This document shows, piece by piece, positions 1 through 11,771 of a stretch of 64,000 nucleotides of DNA. The notes beneath the pieces are model-generated. The model saw nothing but the letters and a program-made list of their open reading frames with translations, searched no databases and had not been told where the DNA came from. The stretch is from Selaginella moellendorffii. Taxonomy: Eukaryota; Plantae; Lycopodiophyta. The stretch covers positions 2,215,549 to 2,279,548 of the forward strand of contig NW_003314280.1 in NCBI RefSeq assembly GCF_000143415.4. The letters are read 5' to 3'. The first letter of the stretch is position 1, and every line of letters begins with the position of its first letter. The translations under genes and the position numbers were made by a program.

Positions 1-777
1 AAAAAAGAGAGGGAGGAGCACAAATAAATATATGCAAAATAATGTTTATCGAATCAAATCGTTCGTTGGTGTCTGTCTCGTCTCGCCAATCTCATCTCTC
101 TCACACACTCAAACACATACAAAAAAAAGAGGAGCACGGTTGGATTGGATGATCCGTTCTTTCTTTCCAGCGCGGAGGATCACGTCGTCTTTCGCGGGGT
201 CACATCCTTCCATTTGAATCGACTAAAATTCCCAAGATCCAGAGGACTTTGCGATGCAGCTAGTATGTAGCTCGCCCTTGATTTGTCTGCGCCTGGAAGT
301 TGGAAGCATCCTCTTTTCGCCACAGCAAATGGTCAAAAAGTTTGCCCTGGACCAAAGCTGACCGTTGACATAGATCGGTACGGTCTCTGTGCCGCTGACC
401 ACGTACGGACGCGGCCAGGTTTACTTTACCCTTTCCAGCCCTAAATCGCCTGTCAGTGAGACACTTGCCAGGAAAAGGAATGGGCCGTCAGATGGTTTTA
501 GGGTAGTGATTTCGTTCGTCGATCGTCTGAGATGATCAGCGCGCTCGTCAGCCTGTTGCTCGAGGGCATGATCTGGTGCTCCGCGTATGGCCTCGTCGGG
601 GCGCTGGCCCTCTGCCCGCATGTACACTGGACATTGATTCTTCTCTTTGGATGATTGATTGCGAGGAATCCACCGGTGGATCGAATGATCGCGGTGATGT
701 AGTGCTCAAATAAAAAATCGCCCATTCTTTCTGATTGATTGGCTCGTTTATCTAGCGAAAAAATCTTCTCGTGTTAG

Positions 778-2720
778 ATGTGTTACCCAGCCCTAAGTGC
801 TCGCAGCGCGCTCATCGCTGCTCTGGCGGCAGGGCAGCGATCGCAGGTGAGGCGATTTCCCTGGTTGGGTGCGAATGCCGCGGCGCCATCGCGTCCGGCG
901 CCAGTGAAGCCGGATTTCTTTGACGACGATGACGAGGAGGAGGAGGAGGAGGATCAGAGGCAGCGGCGCAAGGCGGGCGAGCTGGATTGGGCGACTAGAG
1001 CTCGGGAGCTTGTGATTCAGGATATGAGCTTCCGGAAGTTCACCGACGAGGATTTCCAGGGCCTACTGCCCCCGCATTTGCGAATCTCCAAGAAGAAGGC
1101 CAAGAAGAAGAAGAAGAAGAAGACCAGGGCCAAGGAGGAAGGTGCCGAGGCTGCATTGCAGCTGGAGGAATCGCGCAGCGCGATTAAGACCAAAAAGAAG
1201 AAAGACAAGGACGATGATGCGAGCAGCAATCTCCAGGCTCCACTCCGGTCGATCCAAAGAAGCTCAAAGCGCTGGCTAAGAGATTTAACGCTCACAGGGA
1301 GCGCTACATGAACATCGAGCAAAGCTACAGCGACAGCGAAGGTGACGAGGGCGAGGAGGAGCTCACGACCGAGTTGACAGTGGTTTATGGGGAGCGTCGA
1401 GAGGAAGGAGGTGGTGAAGAGTCAGATGATGGCGAGCGGCCTTGAAAGATCCAAGGCTGCTGGAAATTCGTCTCAACCAGGACTTGGTCGACTCGAGGGA
1501 CGTGGAAGAAGTTTTGGAGACGATCGAGAGAGTGAAAGGAAGGTTTCGATTGAGCTCCATCAACGTCGCCACTGCTCTTCACAGGATCGCCAAGCATATG
1601 GTGACGCTGTCCATGTCCGAGACGAGAAGGCTCAAGTACGCCAGGCAGTGTGACGTGGCCGAGCTCGTTGCTTGGAATGCAACGCACAGGGCGTCTCCAA
1701 CATTGCCTATCTCCAAGATTGGAGGCCACCTTCTTTACCGCGGAGAGATGGAGATAATCGCTCGAGCAGCACTGGCGAAGGTTGACGAGTTCAATCCCAG
1801 AACATTGCCGGAGCTTTTGCTTCCATGCAGCACAGCTCGCCCGCACTCTTTGAGAAGCTCATGGACGCTGCGAGCAGAGTTTCCAAGGAGTTTCGAGCAC
1901 AGGAACTGGCCCAGCTTCTTTGGTCGTTCGGGTGCATGGCTCGGCCTCTGGATTCTTTCCTGGACTCATCGGCTTTTCAGCAAGAACAAGGTTCTCCAGA
2001 GCTCGGTGAAGAACAGTTCCAAGAGAATCTTTCCCCGTGAAGCTATCGATCGAGCAGCTCTGGAGCATCGTGTGGTCTTATGCTGTTCTCGGCCAACTCC
2101 AGGGTCCATTCTTCGCTCACGTTTGCAAGGAGATACGCGCGTTTGAGCAGCTGGGACAGCACAAGCATATGTTGCAGCTGACACAGCTATACCAGGTTGT
2201 GCTGGCCCTGAAGAGGGAAGGGAAGGATTTGCAGCTTGGCAGGATAGAGAAGCGGGCTCCGGGTGCCTGGGAAAAGGAGAGAAGCTCTCGCAAGTCCACT
2301 TAAAAGGATATTGAGAGGTTCTTGGTGTGCACTGGAAGGCAGTCGCATTCTCCGTGCTGAAGATTTCAAAATTCTTCCCCGGATCCCCGAGTACGTTGAT
2401 GCGGATTATTCTCTGGATTTTGCCATGAAGGGCGGTAAAGTTGCGATCTAGGTCAACGGGCCATTAGGATGTTTTTTCTTTTTGTGATAGGAGAACTTCT
2501 GGGACACACTGTTTTGAAGCATAGATTGCTGGAGGCTGCTGGATGGAAGATTATCTCTGCTTCCTATGAATTTTTTTTTTTCTTTGTTGTAGTGGAGAAA
2601 AATGTGTGTTTTGATACAGTGGGAGAACTTACAAGGAGAGTCGGAGCACGTTGACTTCCTACACAAGCTTCTGGCTCCTCACATCCGTCAAATAGAGCAA
2701 GTGAGTGAGCGAGCAGTGTG
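778..2720 (+). pseudogene. RAP-domain (OPR/RAP family) gene copy, disrupted
   Basis: Colinear with the intact gene at 38406-40487, including its promoter (from ~664) and last intron. It has lost the original ATG region and carries several frameshifting deletions (split ORFs 778-1311, 1442-2146, 2037-2303) and a stop in VAI*VNG. Confidence 0.92.
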
Positions 2721-2789
2721 ACCACTTTCACCTACCAGTTTCGAACCAGAAGTAACTCGTGATTTATAAACCAGGAAATTTCCCACACC

Positions 2790-3070
2790 AGAAAAGCTAA
2801 GAAAGCCTGGACCGGAATTCCATGGGGAATTACTGGGACCAGGTTTAGTTTCCTATCATGAAAGTTCTTGATGCTGATGTGACCTTTGAGAAACTTGGTC
2901 TTGTAGTATCGGCTCGTAATGTTGTTGCTGGCGCCTGCCACTAAATCCCGTCCTACCTCTGCTTGATTGGCTAGAGACACCCGATCGATTTCCAGCGCCG
3001 AGTTAGACGAACTAGGCAAGGAGAGTGAGAAAACAACTGCGGCTGCCACCACTCCCAGGTGATCCTTGAA
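2790..3070 (-). pseudogene. Unidentified gene fragment (hydrophobic VVAAAVVFSLSLPSSS segment), part of the duplicated unit
   Basis: ORF 2732-3052. A second, inverted copy lies at ~36460-36700 (+). No family recognised. Confidence 0.3.
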
Positions 3071-3127
3071 AGTTGTGTTTCATGATCACAATATCAGGAT
3101 CATAGAATATTTATGCTGGAGAATAAT

Positions 3128-3660
3128 TTACCCTCTGGGAGCAAGGTCTTGGTGCTCCTGCTCCACGTACTCATCCCTTACTTGGTCAGGAGGTCCATCT
3201 GGCGAGTGAGGTACTGCGTGGAGCTCACAGACCTCTTGAGCATGGCGTGCATTCTCTTGTAGAGCTCGCCGTGGTGGAAGACCATTGCGTGCTCTCCCAG
3301 CACGTCCTTGAGCGATCGAGGGTGGCCAGACTCAAACAGCACCCCCTCGTTGTGGAGCACAAACTTGACGCCCTCCACGTCCGTGACCCGTGAGCAAGCT
3401 CGTCTTGAACACCGTCCCATACCTCTCCACAAAAAGATCATAATAAAGATCATATCAGCATTCACAATCCAGCAACAAGATCATTGTATAGGTACTTCTT
3501 TCCCAAGACGTAAGGAGCCTTGGAGCGAGCAATCGTCACGTAAGGAATGAGCTCCCCAGTGAGAGGCCATCCCATGCTGAGCCTGTCCAGATTCCGGAAC
3601 CTCCATGGTCGCCAGTAAGCAAGTGCCACGAGCCAGAGAGCTCCGGCGATCCTTGCTACC
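3128..3660 (-). pseudogene. Cytochrome P450 5' fragment, CYP85 clan (CYP90-like)
   Basis: Translates to a membrane anchor (IAGALWLVALAYW), SMGWPLTGE, YGTVFKTSLL, then DVEGVKFVLHNEGVLFESGHPRSLKDVLG..GELYKRMH. No heme-binding C-terminal half is present. Confidence 0.8.
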
Positions 3661-3664
3661 TGCG

Positions 3665-3666
<2 letters not shown>

Positions 3667-3719
<53 letters not shown>
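3667..3719. repeat. (GA)n microsatellite
   Basis: Pure GA dinucleotide run upstream of the P450 fragment; a similar run sits in the equivalent position at 13257-13291. Confidence 0.95.
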
Positions 3720-3722
<3 letters not shown>

Positions 3723-4210
3723 ATTAGTTGGAAGAACTTTCGTGTCGCTATGTGCGAGACTTATTTACCCAGGTCGGTTGACCCACAAACTCGGTGGCAT
3801 TTCGATCGGTCGTGATGCTGTTGCTAGCGCCTGCCGCCTCCAGAAGATTCCTTGTAATAGGGAAACAAATGACGATTTTGGGTCTACGCCGGGAAATAAT
3901 GATGGCGATTAGTTTGTATCGGCTCTTGATGCTCTTGGCTGTATTTGGTTCCCCTGCACTCGCTGCTAGCGGCTGCGTAGCACGGGGTCGGGAGATCCAT
4001 CGTGCGGCCTCCAAGACATCGCCAGCGCTCTCGTGGCCATGTACGCGAAACTGCAACCAATTTCCGCTCCGGTCCTTACGAGCACGACACGAGCACGACG
4101 ATGCCGGTTGCAAGGGAAGAGCTGCTCTACAATCTCTCTGGCCAAATGATTCAAAGGAAGAGGTGAAACGAGATGTCGAATTATAAATAATAGATGTATA
4201 GGAAACAAAA

Positions 4211-5246
4211 CTAGCACGAGGCTCGAATTTCACCATGTCCTCCCGTGAGAGGCGAGAGCCTACCCATTTTGATCATGCCATTGGCGAAGGCAGTACAAAA
4301 TGCCTTCTGATTGTCCGCAAACTCCTTGACAAAGCCCGCCAGATCACTCTGCAACAGCTGCTGGTCTGAGAAGAGGAGCGACTGATTCGCTTGGACAGCT
4401 CGAAAGTACAAGTTGTCGAACGTGGTGGGGGAGGGATCCAAATTGTTCAATCTGTTTGGGGCTGTTGGAGGGCAATTCTTCTCGAGTCGGGACTTGAGGG
4501 CCGGATCGATGCTATCCCCTGTGGTTCCGTTGAAGAGGCGGGCGCTAAATGTGAAGCACTGGGCCTGGCCGATGGAATGGCCTCCTGAGAGCGCTACGAG
4601 ATCACGCTTGGAAAGGCCCCGCTTTTGGAATCTCTCATTGAGCTGCGTTGCGGTGAGATTTGGGCTGGGAATGGCGTCCACCGCGGCAGCGACGCTCGTG
4701 GAGCTGGGATTGTCCCGTCGGCCAAACTCTACTGTCCATGACGGGCCACCAAGCTGCAAAATTCGAAAGAGAAGAAAGCATTTGTAACTCAAATCAATGG
4801 AGACCTCACTTACGGCTATGACGGATTCCCGGGCGCTCAGAGCAAGAATGTCGGCGCATGATACAGTTTCCGGGCATGAAGTCTCCACGGCGCGCTTGAT
4901 ATTGTTGATGATTTTGAGTCCCTTGGTGGAGCGTCCATCTCCTACCTGGGGGAGCAGCGATCCGTCACAGCCCTGAGCGACAGCCAAATAAATGAGTAAC
5001 GGGGACTTATTGGAGTACTTACTTGAGCAAAGCAATCACGGAAGTGGAGCTTGAGGATGGATGCAGAGGATCGGCTGTCATTGGCAAACTCAGAGCGAAT
5101 CACGCTTCTAGCTATCTGGGGGAAGTCGGGACAAGTATTAGCGTAGAAAGAAGTGGACAGCTCTGAGGGCATCAGTGGTAATTCCTGGTGAATTACTAGC
5201 GCCGCAGCAGAGTTAACGTGAGGAGTAGATATTTAAATCGCTGCAT
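4211..5246 (-). pseudogene. Class III peroxidase-like gene, copy 1 (signal-peptide region disrupted; could still be read from ATG 5172)
   Basis: Motifs LKLHFRDCF, GCDGS, CPETVSCADILAL, LVALSGGHSIG, FDNLYF, GEIRASC; two short introns. ATG at 5246 runs into TAG TAA after 16 codons, and exon 2 has a 12-bp deletion relative to copy 2. Confidence 0.8.
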
Positions 5247-5350
5247 TCTTTCACGTAGGGAAGTGTGAAGAGAAGCTTGGCTTAGCACTCTAAAGAAAGA
5301 GAACACGGGATGGCTTTCAAAGAAAACTACTACTGGACTAGCATATGTAG

Positions 5351-5568
5351 TAGGGTTGTAGGTTCGTGGAAGCTCCGTACGTTGGTCGTAGGGTCGTGAG
5401 CGCTGTCGATCTTAAGACCCTGGGCTCTACATGATGAGGGCCGTCGATCTTACAATCGAAAGATTACAACCCAAAGATTACAACCGAAACAACATGATGA
5501 GGACCTTGTAGCGATGTTGTTTTTAATATGCTCTTCCACATATCTCTGCTTCTTGATAGTGGGCTTGA
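5351..5568 (+). repeat. ~220-bp direct repeat, copy 1 (copy 2 at ~9406-9647)
   Basis: Near-identical text AGGGTTGTAGGTTCGTGGAAGCTCCG...GATAGTGGGCTTGA on both sides of the MULE element. Confidence 0.9.
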
Positions 5569-8500
5569 TTACCGCCAGTGACGATGTACTCGACAGAGCC
5601 AAGGAGAGAATGAGCCTCCCGTTAAACACCATCCTGATTCACTCTCTCTCCGCTTACCTGGCGATGACGTGGCATCAGGCCGTTTTATCTCCAGCGCACT
5701 CCCTCTCCCGTCCGTCCGTCGCCGCTGCGCACTCCCGCCCGCGGCTCCCGCCCGCCCGCCCGCACTCCCACCCGCCCCCGCGCCCAGCGTGCGCCCTAAA
5801 ATTACTTCCACGTGGCCACAGTCCCAACACTTAGCCAAATTTCAATCAGCGCACCCTGTTCACGATTGTTGCCCCACAATTGACCTAAAAACGTTTCTGT
5901 TTCTTTTATGATCAAGCATGGCAGCAGCACATCAATTTCCAGAGGTAAGCAATCAATTCAACTTCATATTGATTCAAGAAAATCATTTAAAATCCCTCAT
6001 GGCTTGATGAGGTGCAAGAATTCCATGAAAAGGATTATTTTTGTGCAGATGATTTAGATTGGAATTTGTCTAAATCAAATGAAACTATAGCTCCTATTGT
6101 GTATATATTACAGAAGGATGTAAACAAGTTTTTAGATGGTGAGAGGAGAAGGGGTGATCGAGTGGATTTTTGGCGATTTTCTAACAAAAATTATGATCTT
6201 AGAGATTTGAAACGACCCAAAAACACAAGCTTTTTATCATTAATTAGGTATATCTTTTTAACAAAATATAATTACTAACTTCTTGATACAGGTATTGGTG
6301 TGAATATGGAAAACAAGATGCTTGTGAAACATCCTTTATTATGATTGCTGAATCTACACCAAAGTCAGGACTTGGAAGTAGACCAAGTTGAAGTTCAAAT
6401 AAGCGTGGTTGCCTTTGCAATTTTTTGGTCAAACAGTTTTACAAATGGCCTAATTATGTGCAAATTACATATTATCATAGAGAGCATTGTGATAAGAATG
6501 GGATTCCTTGTCATGGTCAACTTGATCCAACTGGGGGAAAGTCATTATTTCCTTAGAAGCTTTCAGCAGATATTTGACATTGGGTGATTCATATGATTCA
6601 ACAAGATTTCACATCAAATCAGATTTATAATGAGCATATACAGATTGTGGGAAGGAACAAATCAGCTAGTGAACCTCTTCATTGAGATGATTTTCTAACT
6701 ATGCAGGATATTAACAATCTGCATAGGAAGTATTCACTTTCAACTTATTGATTACATGAGAATGATGCACAGAGTGTACGTATTTGGAAGAACACAAATC
6801 CCGAGAAAGTATTTTTCTATCAGGAAGGTGATCGAGGTAAAGATTGTTTTACTATTGGGATTCAAACAACTTGGCAACTTCAAAAGATGGTGGACTTTTC
6901 AAATAATAATTTATTGAGTCTTGATGCAACTTTTGGAACTAATCGCTACAAGGTAAAATTTTCATTCATTTTTAAGTGAATAATATCTAATAATTTACAG
7001 TTTCCATTATACACCATGCTTGCTTTTGATTATCATGGAAATGGTATTCCAATTGCATGGGTTTTAACTTCTAGTGAGAAAGGAGAACACGATAGCTCTT
7101 AAAAAATGAGTTTTAGAACACATACCAAATTATAAACCATGGGTGATAATGATTGATGATGCTGAAGCATAGATTAATGCTATAAGGTAATTAATTTGAT
7201 ATGAAATAATTTAATTGTTTTCTTCTATATAGAGCTACATTTGATTGTCAAATTCTATTATGTATTTGGCATGTAAGGAGGAATTAGCTCAAACATATTA
7301 TTTGTAAGGTGAAATCTTGGGATATTAGGATGGAAATATGGAAATGTCTCAGAGATATTATGTATCATTTAATTCATACAGCTTTTCATGATGATAATAT
7401 TATGCGAGCTGAGATTAAATAACTTATTGAACATTTTGAGGTGGATTTTCAAAATGAAGTAGCCTTTATCAAGTATTTTCAAGACGAATGGAAAGACAAA
7501 GTTGGTAAGTGAATCAATATTTTAATTTTTATAATTTATTTTAATCTATATTTGATAGATATGTGGGTTGTTGCAACTTGAAATTTCCCTCATGCTAACA
7601 AGGAGACAAATAGTTCGATTGAGGCATTCCATGCAAATATGAAAGCTATACTCTCGTCCGAAAAAAAATATGCTCGCAATTGAAGGATGGATTGGGCAAT
7701 TCATCAACTTACTACTAAAGTTTATGCGAGGTACTGGTTTACTAGTTATTGCAAAGATCATGGTTTTATCCGAAACCATGCATATGAAAAACTAATCGAT
7801 GGTGCGATTGTTAAAGCAAGAAATATTAATGACTCTCAAGTAAAATTCGATAAGGACAATATTTATAAATCCTATGTACAATCCTCTTTAGATCCAGCTA
7901 TATTGTGTCTTGTTGTTGGAGTTGAAGGACACAGTGATTGGGCTTTTTCGACTTGGTGTAATTGTCCGTGGGCAACCAAAGGAAACTTTTGCAAGCATCA
8001 AGCAAAAATTATTATATTAAAACAAGGAGAAAAAACCGATTGGACTACAACTAGTTATGAGGTTCAACCATCACAATCGCATGCAATCTTAGAACCTGGG
8101 TCAGATGACTTATTTTATCGTCATCAAGATTTTGAAGCACTTGACTTGGAAGCTATGACAGAGGTAATTCACTTATTAATTAAAATTTTGAAATACTTAT
8201 AAAAATTTGAGCAGGAAAACATCCATCAAAATGTTTATCATGAGCAAGAAATTCAATTGGAGACTATATTAGGGGTAAACTAGCATATTTTATATACTAA
8301 TATATATGAATATTGAGCAGGAAGATATCCATCAAAATATACAACATCAACAAGAAATTTAGCTAAGGACTACTATAGAGGTAATTTACACTAAGTAAAT
8401 TTTAAATATTGATATGAACTTTGAGCAGGAAGATATCACTCCATCAAAAGTTACAAAAGCGACATTACAGCAGAAAATGATGGATATCTTACAAGATTTT

Positions 8501-9126
8501 CCTGATGAAGAAGCTTTTTTATTAATGGTTGACAACGATTTAGAAATGATACAGCAGAAGGTTGCAACTTTTAAAGCTAGGCCAAACAATCTTATTCATC
8601 CTGCAGCAGAATTTCAACAGCGTGTTGATAGTTATGGTACATCCTTGAAGCAAGCAAAACCTTTGGTGGAAAGAATTACAGGTAAAAGAAAAGCTTCTAG
8701 TAGTTTAGAAGCAACTCCTTTTACTAACCAGAGGAAGACAAGAAAGAAAAGCTCTTTAAACGAAAAACTCAATTTTAGCAAAGAATAAATAAAAAAACAA
8801 ACTCTTTATATACTTACATTGCATATATTTAAATTAGTGAGAAGATTTCATAAGTATACCACTCCTAATGGTCATCCATGACACTCATTGGCCACATAAA
8901 GCACGTAGAAAGACGCGCGCGCTGATTGAAATTTGGCATAAGTGTTGAGCCGTGAGGGCGAGTGGGCGGGAGCCGTGAGGGCGAGCGGGCGGGCGGGAGT
9001 GCGCAGCGGCGACGGACGGGAGAGGGAGTGCGCTGGAGATAAAACAAAACGAAGGCCTGATGCCACATCATTGCCAGGTAAGCGGAGAGAGAGTGAATCA
9101 GGATGGTGTTTAACGGGAGGCGGTAA
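5569..9126 (+). mobile_element. Mutator-like (MULE) DNA transposon with long GC-rich TIRs and a decayed SWIM-finger transposase
   Basis: TIRs at ~5569/5614-5852 and ~8918-9126 (GCCTCCCGTTAAACACCATCCTGATTCACTCTCTC... and its reverse complement) enclose an AT-rich interior coding LSLDATFGTNRYK, IMIDDAEA, LCIWHVRR and CNCPWATKGNFCKH. No TSD found. Confidence 0.85.
5918..8788 (+). pseudogene. Intron-containing MULE transposase with N-terminal Cys/His domain and SWIM zinc finger; several in-frame stops
   Basis: Spliced pieces read YWCEYG...KRGCLCNFLVK...HCDKNGIPCHG, FTIGIQTTWQL, DATFGTN, CxWH and SWIM CxCx7CxH. Several stops are TGA, consistent with CGA>TGA deamination. Confidence 0.8.
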
Positions 9127-9229
9127 TGAATGAAGTGGTGCGTGCCCTCTCTCTCTCTCTTTCATTCATTGCCTTTCATTCATTGAGAGAGAGGGCAAGC
9201 ACCTATAAATGGAATCTTCCCGAGATGCG

Positions 9230-9263
9230 ATTAGGAGGTCCCAGGTTCGAATCCCGTGGGCTC
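9230..9263 (+). other. tRNA-like 3'-half fragment (Pol III B-box)
   Basis: AGGAGGTCCCAGGTTCGAATCCC matches a tRNA variable loop plus T-arm consensus. No A-box, D-arm or acceptor stem is visible. Confidence 0.4.
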
Positions 9264-9405
9264 ATTGTCCTTATTTGTTCGGGTTGAATTTGTGTTGTGT
9301 GATGTTAAAATAACTCTCGTCATGGTTAAAATTCTCATGCTAAGGTGGTGAAAGTGACAAAATCGACATGGCCTCTTATCAAACCACGTAGCATGCTATT
9401 CTCCA

Positions 9406-9647
9406 AGGGTTGTAGGTTCGTGGAAGCTCCGACTCGTACGTACCTTTTCTTTGTGACCACCGTGGTCGTAGGGTCGTGAGCGCCGTCGATCTTAAGACCC
9501 TGGGCTCTACATGATGAGGGCCGTCGATCTTACAACTGAAAGATTACAACCCAAAGATTACAACTGAAACAACATGATGAGGACCTTGTAGCGATGTTTT
9601 TTTTAATATGCTCTTCCACATATCTCTGCTTCTTGATAGTGGGCTTG
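9406..9647 (+). repeat. ~240-bp direct repeat, copy 2
   Basis: Matches 5351-5568 with a short insertion. Confidence 0.9.
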
Positions 9648-10627
9648 AGAGATAACTTTTCTTTGACCCTACCAAGGCTTTGAGAGGTTTCTGTTTGGAA
9701 GTAAAAAGTAGTAAAAAGGATTTGATGTGACAAGTCAAATCGCGCTGATGTTTGCTCTTGGCCAACAATTGGCCGCCAGAGATTCTAATGCTTTCACTAC
9801 GATGTGCGGAAGAGAACACGTGGCGCGAATTTGAGTTAAAGCGCGTTGGAGAATCCCTTAAATCCCGACCACTCGAGCTCATCTTCAAGGCCTTGTAGCG
9901 ATGTTTGAAGATTAGATTAAACTTATATTATATTATGTTAAACTTTGTTTAGTAACAGTTAATTATTTTTTAATTATATAAATTAAATGAGTATTAAACG
10001 TTCGATACCCGTTCGAATCTGGTTGCGTTCGAATGTTCACATGCAAGTATGCCCGGGCCTCAACTTGGTGTGACTTGGTGTGAGGTACAAAAAAGATCCC
10101 TTTCTCTTTTTTGTACAAAAAAGAGAAAGAGAGAGCTGTACACACGTCATACTCCCCACAAGATCCCGGGAACTTCCCGCATGGCGAGTAGTCCTCCACA
10201 AAGTCGGTGATGATAGAGGTAAATTTCTCTTCCCTCAAATTTCTCTTTCTGTGGATCTTCAGCTAAGTCGTGTGGGGCATCCATCCACGTGTTGCGCCGC
10301 GAGAGCTCCAACTCGGCACTCTGAAGGTACCTGTCTGCTCGCATCATGGTCGTCTTTTTTCTTTTCGGTCTTAAGTGCGCTGCAAAATGCTCACTCGCCG
10401 GATATGTACAAAGAAAAGAACAGTACGAATAGGTACCGAACCTTCCACGAAGCCTCCCATTGGAAAGGCTTCCACGAACCTTCCATGTGCCTATAAATAC
10501 GCTCGTCCAGTAGTAGTTTTCTTGCTGTTTCTTTACAGCCATCCCGTGTTCTCTTTCTTTAGAGTGCTAAGCCAAGCTTCTCTTCACACTTCCCTCAAAT
10601 TCACGCCCACGTGAAAGAAAGATCACA

Positions 10628-11695
10628 ATGCAGCGAGTCAAATTTCTAACTCCACTCACCTCGGCAGCGTTACTGCTCGTGTTACTGTTAACGTTGCTAC
10701 GGCACTATGCAATTCACAAGGAATCACCAACGACGCCCTCGGAGCTCTCCACTTCTTTCTATGCTAATACTTGTCCCGACTTCCCCAAGATCGCTAGAAG
10801 CGTGATTCGCTCTGAAGTTGCCAATGACAGCCGATCCTCTGCATCCATCCTCAAGCTCCACTTCCGTGATTGCTTTGCTCAAGTAAGTACTCCAATAAGT
10901 CCCCGTTACTCATTTATTTGGCTGTCGCTCAGGGCTGTGACGGATCGCTGCTCCCCCAGGTCGGGAAGGAGCAAGGAGATGGACGCTCCACCAAGGGACT
11001 CAAAATCATCAACAATATCAAGCGCGCCGTGGAGACTTCATGCCCGGAAACTGTATCATGCGCCGACATTCTTGCTCTGAGCGCCCGGGAATCCGTCATA
11101 GCCGTAAGTGAGGTCTCCATTGATTTGAGTTACAAATGCTTTCTTCTTGCAGCTTGGTGGCCCGTCATGGACAGTTGAATTTGGTCGACGGGACAATCCC
11201 AGCTCCACGAGCGTCGCTGCCGCGGTGGACGCCATTCCCAGCCCAAATCTCACCGCAACGCAGCTGATTGAGAGCTTCCAAAAGCGGGGCCTTTCCAAGC
11301 GTGATCTCGTAGCGCTCTCGGGAGGCCATTCCATCGGCCAGGCCCAGTGCTCCACATTCAGCGCCCGCCTCTTCAACGGAACCGCAGGGGATAGCATCGA
11401 TCCGGCCCTCAAGTCCCGACTCGAGAAGACTTGCCCTCCAACAGCCCCAAACAGATTGAACAATTTGGATCCCTCCCCCACCACGTTCGACAACTTGTAC
11501 TTTCGAGCTGTCCAAGCCAATCAGTCGCTCCTCTTCTCAGACCAGCAGCTGTTGCAGAGTGACCTGGCGGGCTTTGTCAAGGAGTTTGCGGACAACCAGA
11601 AGGCATTTTTTATCGCCTTCGCCAATGCCATGATCAAAATTGGTAAGCTCTCGCCTCTCACGGGAGGACATGGTGAAATTCGAGCCTCGTGCTAG
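10628..11695 (+). CDS. Class III peroxidase-like protein, copy 2 (intact, ~322 aa, atypical active site)
   Basis: Exons 10628-10882, 10933-11103, 11153-11695 with GT-AG introns of 50 and 49 bp, all in frame. Signal peptide, eight conserved Cys and proximal His (GGHSIG) present. TATAAAT at ~10492. Confidence 0.88.
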
Positions 11696-11771
11696 TTCTT
11701 ATACGTCTATCCTTTTTCACTATACTCCATTACAACAAAGAAAATAAAACTTCACCTCAGTTCCATCCGCA

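Noticed and set aside
1-660. Possible gene remnant at the window start
   Set aside because: Only short ORFs with no recognisable motif; cannot be supported.
5430-5505. C/D-box snoRNA (two ATGATGA words)
   Set aside because: No suitably placed D box or terminal stem was seen.
9137-9203. miR156/miR529 precursor
   Set aside because: The resemblance is limited to GA-richness and a GCAC end; it does not match the conserved mature sequence.
9230-9263. Functional tRNA gene
   Set aside because: Only T-arm-like sequence is present; no cloverleaf can be built.
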